This document shows positions 47,501 through 51,979 of a stretch of DNA of 64,000 nucleotides, piece by piece. The position numbers and the translations under genes are program-made. The stretch covers positions 3,534,001 to 3,598,000 of the forward strand of contig NC_135767.1 in NCBI RefSeq assembly GCF_052425735.1. Reading direction: 5' to 3'. This DNA is from Oculina patagonica. Lineage: Eukaryota. Positions within the stretch are counted from its first letter, which is position 1. Each line of letters opens with the position of its first letter. Below the pieces are notes generated by a model. That model was given only the letters and a program-made list of their open reading frames with translations, was not told the DNA's origin and ran no database searches.

Positions 47501-49032
47501 TCACAGCGCTGTAGAGCTATGTGTATCTTGTACGCCTTCAACAACAAGGCACTTGACTTGACCCTGAACCCAGTCTCCTGCCAAGTCAAGGCCGGACTCT
47601 GTCACGTGATAGAGTCTGGGGCTCAGGCCCTTCACGAGAAGCTTATGTCGACGTTGGAAACTGCCGAGAATGATCTGGCGCCCCCTGTGCAGACTTCACA
47701 GGCGGTGATTGGAACTACTGAACAGAGTAGAGGTATTATTGGCATTTAGAGAGCTGTGCACCCAGTTTGGCTTATATTTACATTGGAAAATGCATCCTAC
47801 ACCGTTTACAGAAGAGAACAAAATTACTAAATTCTGATTGGTCAGTACAGAAGGCAAAATTACTCCGAGGATTTGCTTTGATTTTTTGGGGGCGTACAAG
47901 GGACTACGAAGATTGCCGAACAAGAGTCGCAGTTGTCCGAAGAGGACCCGAGAACTTTCCGAAGATTTTCGAAAACCATCGTCAGGTCGCCAAATATTTC
48001 CGATTTTCTACGAAAATTGCCAATGATAGCCCGATGTCTTATCCCTATGGGATTACCTGTACAATTCCGTCAGTCGATCGGAATTTCAATTCTCCTTACT
48101 GATTGCCATACATTTCTTTTAATGTAAGTTTTGAGAATTTGGTTTAACATCAAGAAAAAATCCTGTTGTTAATAATTTTCTATATTTTCATCACCTCTGT
48201 GCTTGACACAATTCAGGTCGTCCTTCAAGAACAGATCCCGCCCAGCTAACAGTCCCTGGGAACGTGGAACAGAAAGCGTCCTCAACAGGAGCCACCGCAC
48301 GTAAGAAGAAGAGTATTGGGATAAGGGCCTTGTCAGCCAAGCTGAGAAAGGACGACAACATAAGGGCCCTGCTGAAAGAGCACCTGAGTGAAATACGTGC
48401 CTTGCTACGGCATGAAGTACCTGCCCCAGTTGAGGTAAGGGCGCGTTGTCAAGTTTTGATGGTTGTTTGGGTGTGAAGGTGTTTTAGCACAAGGCAGTCA
48501 CACTTTGCTTGACCTGTGGGTTGTCTGTATTTAAGCAAAGGAAATTACAGTAAATCGGGATTAACTCTAGCTTTTCGCCTTAGAGAGGTGTCCACCTTAA
48601 AGAGAGTTCAGTTGAAAACAAACAAGTGAAATTTGACACCAGGACCAGCCAGGCAACCGTCTTTGCCTTAGGAAGATGTCCGCTTTGAGAGATTTGACTT
48701 TACCTTGATAATTCCTAAGAATATAAATCTAGGCTTAAGGCTCTTTACACATCCATTTAAAGAGAGACAACTAAATTGATGTAAAGAATTTAACAGAGGT
48801 AGTAAACAGTATAGTTATTTACACCTTGAAAAACAAAAACCTACTTCTACACTTCGGGAAATTTCCATCCTCTCAGTTTTTACTATTCCCTTTTGTGTTA
48901 CAGGAAGTTCCATTTGAGGTTAGCCTTCAGAACGTTGCCTGCTTAGAAGCCATGTTTGATCCAAGCCGTGGAAATATTGGAAAAACAACGGAAGCGTTTT
49001 ATACTTGGCTTTCATCCCTCATGGAAAATTAA
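975..49032 (+). CDS. CFAP54: Cilia- and flagella-associated protein 54 (central-pair C1d projection protein), 57 exons in window, 5' end outside window
   Basis: The exons below join in phase to 9718 nt (1 nt + 3239 codons incl. stop). N-terminal peptides (MWNTYESRLPQSYYQEKLL..EYKLAQFHCYGRYL; LCWLVFNGTVHIYSICRHLM; LEFLLWACMCLESSIPLLTVKYLTWRSTLYTAVCQCYFD) match my recollection of vertebrate CFAP54, and the length (~3.2k aa) fits. Confidence 0.93.
1659..1817 (+). CDS. CFAP54: CFAP54 exon 2
   Basis: aag|gaa; EYKLAQFHCYGRYL..TSATMV; donor gtaggt at 1818 (alternative in-frame gt at 1815). Confidence 0.85.
2231..3808. mobile_element. Nested element with ~110-bp terminal inverted repeats
   Basis: 2231-2338 is the reverse complement of 3702-3808; the ORF track shows the same pseudo-peptide LSTRKRTCVRNL on opposite strands. 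Confidence 0.8.
4300..5320. repeat. Tandem duplication, ~510-bp unit, ~2.3 copies
   Basis: gcacgtttttgtttcgcgtcac..ctctcaaattt..gctacga.gcctgag recurs near 4470 and 4985, with a partial copy at 4300-4435. Confidence 0.75.
5701..5769 (+). CDS. CFAP54: CFAP54 exon 3 (probable GC donor)
   Basis: tacag|LRSALGEAICFYHVSSAEDPKLQ|gcaagt. Confidence 0.75.
5993..6095 (+). CDS. CFAP54: CFAP54 exon 4
   Basis: tttag|NPDVVSCCVAALKVLRL..LCWLVFN g|gtaac. Confidence 0.88.
6348..6406 (+). CDS. CFAP54: CFAP54 exon 5
   Basis: ccag|(G)TVHIYSICRHLMACGHSSK|gtgag. Confidence 0.88.
6540..6899 (+). CDS. CFAP54: CFAP54 exon 6
   Basis: tcag|ALEFLLWACMCLESSIPLL..KDFAH|gtaagt. Confidence 0.9.
7314..7617 (+). CDS. CFAP54: CFAP54 exon 7
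   Basis: gcag|HAWPRTPTERLM..ELVAK g|gtact. Confidence 0.88.
7904..8077. mobile_element. Palindromic MITE
   Basis: ggatttccactgacacgtaattttt..aaaaattacgcgtcagtggaaatcc; second copy at 49664-49832. Confidence 0.8.
8140..8245. repeat. (TCA)n microsatellite
   Basis: Imperfect tca/tcg triplet run. Confidence 0.85.
8340..8594 (+). CDS. CFAP54: CFAP54 exon 8
   Basis: atag|(G)ENGVPLPALVKFVKYAFSYEQWE..AHTH g|gtgggt. Confidence 0.85.
8625..9567 (+). mobile_element. Helentron-associated (HINE/DINE-1-like) non-autonomous element
   Basis: T-run plus subTIR aggcggtgacgc (8630-41), inverted gcgtcatcgcct (9527-38), then palindrome gcatgcatgtatgc and a T-rich end; no TSD. Confidence 0.55.
9584..9782. mobile_element. 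TGT..ACA-ended MITE
   Basis: tgtgttgttccagaaaatatccatacc..ggtatggatattttctgaaaccacaca. Confidence 0.8.
10324..10400 (+). CDS. CFAP54: CFAP54 exon 9
   Basis: acag|(G)KSGSALEELTHLADVIQSCSEEPFK|gttagt. Confidence 0.82.
10611..10798. mobile_element. Tc1/mariner-pogo type MITE, TA TSD
   Basis: ta|cagtggaacc..ggtttactg|ta. Confidence 0.65.
11037..11180 (+). CDS. CFAP54: CFAP54 exon 10
   Basis: tcag|SAILMKDNDMMVDAALFLWSKCKPHFQR..VNR|gtaagt. Confidence 0.87.
12043..12258 (+). CDS. CFAP54: CFAP54 exon 11
   Basis: ccag|WLYILTVVHTALSW..DTKQ|gttgga. Confidence 0.85.
12935..13174 (+). CDS. CFAP54: CFAP54 exon 12
   Basis: gtag|EKTEAEAPEKP..IADVSWIK|gtaaag. Confidence 0.85.
13230..13572. mobile_element. 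CAGGG-ended MITE (fragments also at ~17988-18030 and ~39950-40143)
   Basis: atagt|cagggttgccacag..ctgtggcaaccatg|ctagt; internal gtcagggaa repeats. Confidence 0.75.
13726..13905. mobile_element. Tc1/mariner-pogo type MITE, TA TSD
   Basis: ta|cagtagaatcccga..tcgggattctactg|ta, perfect 14-bp TIR. Confidence 0.85.
13990..14140 (+). CDS. CFAP54: CFAP54 exon 13
   Basis: tcag|PSSSVNKP..LHMELLFVRHRIAVKLANLGQ g|gtaat. Confidence 0.86.
14618..14652 (+). CDS. CFAP54: CFAP54 exon 14 (35-nt micro-exon)
   Basis: acag|(E)PLESKKSAKKQ|gtgac; needed to bridge phase 1 to phase 0. Confidence 0.75.
14850..15023 (+). CDS. CFAP54: CFAP54 exon 15
   Basis: acag|DKLKTTT..CNRNPLSKALLLMHMA..QLLQ|gtataa. Confidence 0.86.
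15057..15900. repeat. Minisatellite, ~89-bp higher-order unit built from ~18-bp tcacacattcttgc subunits
   Basis: tgtcacacaatctt recurs at 15551, 15640, 15730 and 15818. Confidence 0.9.
15939..16127 (+). CDS. CFAP54: CFAP54 exon 16
   Basis: gcag|ESQESIV..VPPAPLLLYRSSSVLVFKPAPFKPKSGEK|gtaagg. Confidence 0.88.
16186..16453 (+). mobile_element. Interspersed ~270-bp MITE family, copy 1
   Basis: agttttcaactgagtgtcg..cactcaagtgaaaaccgctct; inverted copies at 30900-31185 and 63698-63978. Confidence 0.8.
16869..16961 (+). CDS. CFAP54: CFAP54 exon 17
   Basis: tcag|VAWYRLFARSASGNNVKVRLNDYQLPGTGEE|gtacat. Confidence 0.88.
17165..17385. repeat. ttccgaagatgttccgactattt minisatellite
   Basis: Tandem 10-11-bp subunits; related ccgaagattt arrays at ~3825-3945 and ~47910-48010. 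Confidence 0.8.
17562..17747 (+). CDS. CFAP54: CFAP54 exon 18
   Basis: tcag|IPATADIQFYVRGLKADEKYMAAVAAY..WGYLAQ|gtatgt. Confidence 0.88.
18375..18517 (+). CDS. CFAP54: CFAP54 exon 19
   Basis: tcag|LAFSSGVLPVAKSAASVLWNHYV..SLQ ag|gtttgt. Confidence 0.85.
18625..18985. repeat. Interspersed repeat
   Basis: CpG-rich block with internal acagt.tacgcgtcatgcctgt duplications, ending tgattacagaccgaattggactccactcagtcctattaccatt; recalled as a common coral repeat. Confidence 0.55.
19106..19192 (-). mobile_element. Degraded Penelope-like pLTR fragment with a broken hammerhead motif
   Basis: minus strand: tgagtCTGAAGAtgacatctgctcGAGAcatcaatcaccaac..ggactaccctca. Confidence 0.45.
19318..19465 (+). CDS. 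CFAP54: CFAP54 exon 20
   Basis: ccag|(R)VDEDRLRESSPVLARLFLQSIF..YSGQ|gtaaac. Confidence 0.87.
20012..20167 (+). CDS. CFAP54: CFAP54 exon 21
   Basis: ttag|VARLEECERLLLAIQVAGWLND..CYGLLAPLI..PVVQ|gtttgt. Confidence 0.88.
20328..20450 (+). CDS. CFAP54: CFAP54 exon 22
   Basis: ttag|VLLRCHAVLQEVPS..YYIAK|gtaacg. Confidence 0.87.
20589..21112. mobile_element. pogo/Tigger-type MITE, TA TSD
   Basis: ta|ccgtatttactcgaataagcgccg..cggcgcttattcgagtaaatacgg|ta; multiple ggcggcgcttatt subterminal repeats. Confidence 0.9.
21147..21471 (+). CDS. CFAP54: CFAP54 exon 23
   Basis: ttcag|ILQMWNEQGVAG..LSQQ g|gtgagc; alternative in-frame acceptor at 21155. Confidence 0.83.
21964..22062 (+). CDS. CFAP54: CFAP54 exon 24
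   Basis: ttag|(A)LNRDDEELTGSEDPSVLHSVVANLPAQQAYKE g|gtaag. Confidence 0.87.
22380..24275 (-). pseudogene. Putative decayed antisense coding region nested in CFAP54 intron 24
   Basis: The purine-rich minus strand gives E/K/S/R-rich protein-like segments broken by stops and frameshifts, including a duplicated RENNRTNNRNN(A/V)PSP motif. Confidence 0.4.
24860..24930 (+). mobile_element. SINE 3' fragment
   Basis: tagcatcccatccagtggggagaagcaatactcccagtcacttcatgctac, recalled as the tail of a common cnidarian SINE. Confidence 0.5.
25061..25187 (+). CDS. CFAP54: CFAP54 exon 25
   Basis: acag|(V)LKFKRRTRFLGFYVQVL..WII ag|gtgagt. Confidence 0.88.
25289..25705. mobile_element. TIR element (~55-bp TIR, TA TSD) nested in a tgttccc-rich repeat spanning ~25210-25863
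   Basis: ta|ctaccatttgtgttcatccat..atggatgaacgcaaatggtag|ta. Confidence 0.85.
25969..26086 (+). CDS. CFAP54: CFAP54 exon 26
   Basis: tcag|(R)RNEMLLANKP..VEFSK|gtaaag. Confidence 0.85.
26134..26480. mobile_element. TTAA-target MITE (Kolobok-like)
   Basis: ttag|aggagctctgtcacg..cgtaacgtagctcct|ttaa. Confidence 0.6.
26631..26786 (+). CDS. CFAP54: CFAP54 exon 27
   Basis: ccag|PPTRSPQKTRQ..TVSRR|gtaatg. Confidence 0.8.
27069..27116 (+). CDS. CFAP54: CFAP54 exon 28 (48 nt)
   Basis: aaag|ARRFKGRTAEEIDIFN|gtgagt; symmetric phase-0 exon. Confidence 0.7.
27328..27432 (+). CDS. CFAP54: CFAP54 exon 29
   Basis: caag|AIDRLQSVLPEYWRSSQRRKKLRAVSCEELPWRAQ|gtactg. Confidence 0.87.
27638..27741 (+). CDS. 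CFAP54: CFAP54 exon 30
   Basis: ttag|MGILLAGANFDLFLDKVE..PLY ag|gtttgt. Confidence 0.85.
28064..28225 (+). CDS. CFAP54: CFAP54 exon 31
   Basis: gcag|(R)PSFMDPDWFGYATSGTLIVSW..GA ag|gtaagt. Confidence 0.86.
28617..28945. repeat. (CTGA)n microsatellite
   Basis: Long imperfect actg/actc run, interrupted at 28650-28755. Confidence 0.9.
29007..29109 (+). CDS. CFAP54: CFAP54 exon 32
   Basis: acag|(R)SGSRVTG..LSALEHLSRAI|gtatgt. Confidence 0.84.
29414..29454 (+). ncRNA. Minimal type I hammerhead ribozyme motif (Penelope-like element type)
   Basis: ttcc-CTGATGA-a-gtcaggc(cgt)gcctgac-GAAA-ta-tt-ggga: core, perfect 7-bp stem II, palindromic AATATT stem III, short stem I. Confidence 0.65.
29571..29831 (+). 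CDS. CFAP54: CFAP54 exon 33
   Basis: gtag|VLAYRGKFWTMLQNACRTLWN..QNKK|gtataa. Confidence 0.88.
29866..30485. mobile_element. GAG..CTC-ended MITE
   Basis: gagggtctcaatggggt..acctcattgagatcctc with aaccgttagccgtaaaa-type subterminal repeats; TSD not clean. Confidence 0.7.
30554..30789 (+). CDS. CFAP54: CFAP54 exon 34
   Basis: tcag|RDKVKKGD..FEIPLDN..KWE..FNALT ag|gtgaga. Confidence 0.88.
30900..31185 (-). mobile_element. MITE family copy 2 (same family as 16186-16453)
   Basis: tagagcggttttcacctgagtctcg..actcagctgaaaactgtgc. Confidence 0.75.
31260..31500. repeat. Tandem repeat, ~92-bp unit, ~2.6 copies, abutting the exon 35 acceptor
   Basis: gaaagc.tgacct.ccta.g.gttat.c.atggagtcacg occurs three times. 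Confidence 0.85.
31520..31893 (+). CDS. CFAP54: CFAP54 exon 35
   Basis: gcag|(R)SRYAESLLPLLIVAQR..SVPLDV..GQQE g|gtaagg. Confidence 0.88.
32682..32870 (+). CDS. CFAP54: CFAP54 exon 36
   Basis: acag|(G)GSSTRLQRGSSRVGFLP..VIASYDKTI g|gtaggg. Confidence 0.85.
32907..33300. repeat. Tandem satellite, ~106-bp unit, ~3.7 copies
   Basis: cagcat..aacagtaccacat..tcatccacagacttaaa..agaaccaccttgt at ~32907, 33013, 33119 and 33226. Confidence 0.9.
33384..33471 (+). CDS. CFAP54: CFAP54 exon 37
   Basis: acag|(E)MLQFRKQKSLAAQAMHELGNIMFHSGNI ag|gtgtgt. Confidence 0.87.
33838..34020 (+). CDS. CFAP54: CFAP54 exon 38
   Basis: ccag|(R)AAYKWWAESLD..CGLWGCLLGGVLAADIA ca|gtaagt. Confidence 0.88.
34563..34629 (+). 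CDS. CFAP54: CFAP54 exon 39
   Basis: acag|(Q)YIHTSNLGLRLECCLLSATFFK|gttaga. Confidence 0.86.
34734..34934 (+). CDS. CFAP54: CFAP54 exon 40
   Basis: gtag|ALFCSSLPHPTADKDYALYE..LIPGIDLLS..YLIA|gtaaga. Confidence 0.88.
35262..35512. repeat. Interspersed repeat with an internal inverted repeat
   Basis: gagagtgtttcataacattttcaaat..tttgaaatgtgatgaaacactctc. Confidence 0.6.
35701..35787 (+). CDS. CFAP54: CFAP54 exon 41
   Basis: caag|VLPLITLCLYFSTHVSRDLQRSVDVRILK|gtgaga. Confidence 0.87.
36003..36188. repeat. (GAAC/GGAC)n microsatellite
   Basis: acgaacgaac run. Confidence 0.9.
36266..36388 (+). CDS. CFAP54: CFAP54 exon 42
   Basis: acag|VRVLTDLGMFSEA..VENKT|gtatgg. Confidence 0.87.
36637..36693 (+). 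CDS. CFAP54: CFAP54 exon 43
   Basis: ccag|TPPPVFSNKESLMSAGNLA|gtaagt. Confidence 0.82.
37118..37269 (+). CDS. CFAP54: CFAP54 exon 44
   Basis: ctag|VLNYLLDHRLQPSLTVLYGPQL..DCHQ ga|gtaagt. Confidence 0.85.
37505..37620 (+). CDS. CFAP54: CFAP54 exon 45
   Basis: acag|(E)LARYLESKEEEE..KKKVS g|gtgagt. Confidence 0.83.
38386..38471 (+). CDS. CFAP54: CFAP54 exon 46
   Basis: tacag|(E)EAMSLMSSQV..SPELIK|gtacag. Confidence 0.82.
38762..39297 (-). mobile_element. tRNA-derived SINE
   Basis: Minus-strand head gagtggcgTGGTGTAGTGGataagg..gtcgcaGGTTCAAGGCttgg (A and B boxes), G-rich body with an internal ~120-bp duplication, A-rich tail taaataaaagaaataaataaaaaaata. Confidence 0.7.
39440..39651. repeat. 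Palindromic element with a 36-bp inner hairpin
   Basis: 39503-39538 pairs with 39548-39583; outer arms cactctgaca..tgtcagagtg. Confidence 0.75.
39771..39861 (+). CDS. CFAP54: CFAP54 exon 47
   Basis: gcag|GFLLATAELILTNLCDSL..EEE c|gtaaga. Confidence 0.84.
40274..40509. mobile_element. PIF/Harbinger-type MITE, 3-bp TSD
   Basis: ata|ggccccgtccacac..gtgtggacagggcc|ata. Confidence 0.85.
40733..40901 (+). CDS. CFAP54: CFAP54 exon 48
   Basis: ccag|(P)QSLSSVDLEQVCLSRLELAEIASQRHH..LEK cg|gtatgg. Confidence 0.86.
41569..41807 (+). CDS. CFAP54: CFAP54 exon 49
   Basis: gtag|(R)AHSLM..ARSRLDARLWLTCRLAL..CQQ g|gtaatt. Confidence 0.86.
42066..42185. mobile_element. CAGGG-ended short MITE
   Basis: aaaac|caggggcggatc..gatccgccccag|aaaat. 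Confidence 0.65.
42542..42660 (+). CDS. CFAP54: CFAP54 exon 50
   Basis: gcag|(G)LDEAEAFGDIELMAEF..LDTLE|gtaata. Confidence 0.86.
43004..43272. repeat. Tandem duplication, ~146-bp unit
   Basis: gtccatatt..catttccatcctcg..caaaatcaaaccat..ttgttgg occurs twice. Confidence 0.8.
43348..43527 (+). CDS. CFAP54: CFAP54 exon 51
   Basis: gtag|NIILQLEQSPALS..HLLDQ|gtaatc. Confidence 0.85.
43552..43743. repeat. GC-rich minisatellite (gccatcttgggtcgccattttgcgcc)n
   Basis: ~13/26-bp periodicity. Confidence 0.9.
43950..44168. mobile_element. Palindromic MITE, 5'-truncated
   Basis: tctcgcaacattgttgcattg..cgcgtattacctcccg / cgggaggtaatacgcg..caatgcaacaatgttgcgaga. Confidence 0.75.
44592..44865 (+). CDS. 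CFAP54: CFAP54 exon 52
   Basis: ttag|LTQLGSD..PLHNIYFQQLQPLIDLKLRVG..LLLTL g|gtaagt. Confidence 0.87.
44912..45005. mobile_element. Short TAG-ended palindromic element
   Basis: tagtctccttcgcagccgtt..aacggctgcataggagac; same family as 45081-45160. Confidence 0.6.
45081..45160. mobile_element. Short TAG..CTA element with 9-bp TSD
   Basis: ggacaatcc|tagactcc..gtagacta|ggacaatcc. Confidence 0.8.
45572..45680 (+). CDS. CFAP54: CFAP54 exon 53
   Basis: acag|(G)QIQRQML..SDHDL gg|gtaagt. Confidence 0.86.
46019..46815 (+). CDS. CFAP54: CFAP54 exon 54 (797 nt)
   Basis: ctag|(G)LMKQAYLEMAMVL..AWAAIRAA..SKKT g|gtgaga; lies within ORF 45999-46904. Confidence 0.9.
47397..47732 (+). CDS. CFAP54: CFAP54 exon 55
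   Basis: acag|(D)FVDK..EMCVQWFQPEL..EQSR g|gtatta. Confidence 0.87.
48217..48434 (+). CDS. CFAP54: CFAP54 exon 56
   Basis: tcag|(G)RPSRTDP..EVPAPVE|gtaagg. Confidence 0.86.
48904..49032 (+). CDS. CFAP54: CFAP54 terminal coding exon 57
   Basis: acag|EVPFEVSLQNVACLEAMFDPSRG..FYTWLSSLMEN*. Confidence 0.88.
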   Translation, partial: EVPFEVSLQNVACLEAMFDPSRGNIGKTTEAFYTWLSSLMEN

Positions 49033-49439
49033 CTTTGGCATTTTCACTTGTAGTTATCGAACAAGATATTGTGCATATTTTGCAAAAGGGCACAGTCAGC
49101 AAGCTCTAAACTGTTTTCTTGAAAGTAGTTTTTGATAAATTTTCATGTTTGAGAGTTCTTTGCAGAAGTAACTATAAACTTCAAGTAAGGTTTTTAGCGT
49201 TGGGTAGCAGACTTGTCTAACACGTTTGAAGCTTGTAAAGCCTGCTGGACCTGCACTAAGTTTAAAAGAAAGATTGCAAACAACGGTGTTCTATAAAATA
49301 GTGTGCAATTTGAATTATTTATTTCATGTAAACCACATAAGCGTATTGAAATACATTTTGAGATTTCACTTTGTGTAGACTGATTTTTTTAGGTTAAGAA
49401 AGCTAAGACACTGTAAGGTGCACTAGAGCCCGTTACAAC

Positions 49440-50285
49440 TTGGTTTTCCTGTGCGTTCCCTCGTCTATTTCCTCGTAAGTTCCCCATTGCGTCCTTCCTT
49501 GGGTTACCTGTGGGTCCTCTACTACGTTCATCGTGCATTCGCTGTAAGATTATCCTAGATATACCGTAAACCGTCATGTAATTCCTCGCGTGTCTCTTGT
49601 CCTTTCCCGGTGCGTTCATTTTCGTTCATTTTCGTTTCCGTACGTACGCGTTCCCCGTGTGTGAAGCTTGATTTACACTGACGCATAATTTTTTACGTGC
49701 GTGAAAAAATTTAGAGACAATTTATGAACGACGCGTGTAAACGTGTACGCAAGTCGTTCATACATTGTCTCTATTTTTTTTCAAGCACGTAAACGCACGT
49801 AAAAAAATTACGCGTCAGTGAAAATCCACCTTTACGCTATACGCAACCCTGTGTACTTTCCCATAGGATCCCGCTGTTCTTTAATGCTCTTTAGGCATTG
49901 GTTGTGAGTTCTTAAAGGCGTTTCCTTGTCTGTTTTACCGTGCGTTCCCTCGTGTCTCCTTCCACGCCCCTCCCCCGATGCGTTTCTTGTGCACTTCTTT
50001 CCATTTCATTAAAGTTATGCCTTACGTTCCCCAGTTCTGCCATACGCAGCATTCCATGCGTTCCGGGGTGGAGAGGGGTTTTCTCCCACGTTTCCTGCGC
50101 ATTTGTTGTGTAGTCTTAATTCTGTTTCCTCTTCCGTTTTACCGTATGTTTTCTGTGCGCTCGCTGGGTGCAGTCCCGCGCGTTCCTCCTGCGTTCGTGG
50201 TGAGTTCCGTCCTATGCTACCTGTGGGTTCCCCTGAAATGCTTTTCTTCATGCTCAAATCATACGTCCATTTGTCCCCTTGCCTC
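49440..50285. repeat. Highly degenerate cctgtgcgttccc-type repeat region interrupted by a MITE
   Basis: Many variants of (c)ctgtgcgttcc; strongly pyrimidine-biased strand. Confidence 0.5.
49664..49832. mobile_element. Palindromic MITE (copy of 7904-8077)
   Basis: cactgacgcataattttt..aaaaattacgcgtcagtg. Confidence 0.8.
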
Positions 50286-50819
50286 GCAATCAATCAATCA
50301 AGCTGAGAACCTAAGAAATGCCGAAATCTCAATTGATACCCCTTTGAAGGTCAATACGTAGGGTGACAGTCGTATTTATTCAAATCTATTTGTCAACTTG
50401 TTGTTCCCAATCTTTTTCATCGTCACTCAAAATTTGAATTTGCATTGCAAATATTTTACCCTTATTGACTATTCATGTTCTTCACCATCTTTGCACGAGG
50501 AGTTTTGAAGTTTGGCTTCTTGCTTCAACTTCGCTTAATAATGCTTCTACGTTAGAAGAATCGCTGCCTAACATGTCCCAGACGGAAACTTCTATTAGTA
50601 CAACTTTCTGGAGTTAAATTAGACGGCATGCGGGTCTTTAAGGCCAAAAACAGCAAGGCAATAAGAAGATTTGAGGTGCAGACACAAGCTCTCTTGACGT
50701 GTCACGGTATGTAATCCAAACGTTACGTTTTATTCTCCACTTTAGTAAATGTACGGTTAAAATAATTTCGTATACTTTAAGACATTTTTTTCGACTCAGA
50801 ATTGTTTGCCCGTTGGAGT

Positions 50820-51393
50820 CCTATTCTTGTTGATAATTTCTTTGCACCAAGAGAGCGTTACATTACGTTACGTTACGTTATCATTTTGTTACGTTACTGT
50901 AAAAGGGAACTATAATCAGTTATAATTTGCTCATCAAATTATCTTTTTGTATTTCTCATCAGGCAGACTAGAAGTACGTAAAATGACAAATCGGAACATT
51001 ACGTGAAAGAGCAGTCAAGTACATCTATGGCAGGTTAGTTAATGTTTCTTCTCTTAATCTTGAATGGAAATACAAGAGTGTATTATATCCAGTACGGGGA
51101 GGAGAAATTCCTATTCTTGTTTATATTTCTTTCCATTAAAAGAGTACGTCTTTATGTTACTGATGTTGTGTTATGTTACGGTAAAAGAGAACTATCACCA
51201 GTAATAGTTTTCTAGCAATTTGCTCATCAAATTGTTTTTTCATATTTCAGCCTGAGCAGGCAGACATGAAGTACATAATGTCGATTTCGTTGGAACATTG
51301 AAAGATCAGCAATGGAGTAAAAGACATATGTTGCAGGTCAGTTCAATTTTCTTTTAATCTTAAATGGAATTTTAAAGTGAACACTCAGTACGG
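50820..51393. repeat. Tandem duplication, ~290-bp unit, each copy containing an exon-like segment
   Basis: cctattcttgtt..tttgctcatcaaatt..caggcagac..gcaggt.agtt..taatctt..cagtacgg occurs twice. Confidence 0.8.
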
Positions 51394-51407
51394 TTGTCAA
51401 TTCGGTT

Positions 51408-51489
51408 GTTGCTAAGTAACAAGAGGTATCGTCATGGCGACAGGATGACGTAATATTTTTTCGGGAATTCTAGTTCTATTTCTGATTGG
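51408..51489. promoter_or_regulatory. Promoter-like motif cluster: two RFX X-box-like sites, CRE/ATF-like site, CCAAT box
   Basis: gttgctaagtaac (51408-20), atcgtcatggcgac (51428-41), atgacgtaat (51445-54), attgg (51485-89). Confidence 0.4.
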
Positions 51490-51979
51490 ACAAAAAGAAT
51501 CAAAAAAAATTTCGGATACGTTTACGAAAATTTGCCAAAACGTAAAGTTGACTACTCAATGTTAAAAACTAAGCCAATGTATACCAAACCGCATATTTAA
51601 AACATGCTGTCTTTTACAACTGACCCTAGATCGAACTATTGATTCTCCACAATGATTACAATGTTTATTTCATTATTAGTTTTGAGAATTTTGTTGTTCA
51701 CCAAAACAGAACTGAAAGACTATTTGATAACTTCATTTGTTTTCATCACATTGTTCTTTTATCACTGTATTTATATTGTAAGGGTGAATTTAATTTCAAT
51801 CACATTTTTTAAAATTTTTTAAAAAGCAAACATGGCAAAACAATTACACCCACATCGTGTCAATAACTGATAACTGTTGGACGTTAAACTAAATTGAAAC
51901 GCTTAAGACAGTTTCCTTTGTTTCACCCCTTTTTTCTCTCCGAATTGTAAAAAGATCGAAAGAAGGTAGTGGAACAATT

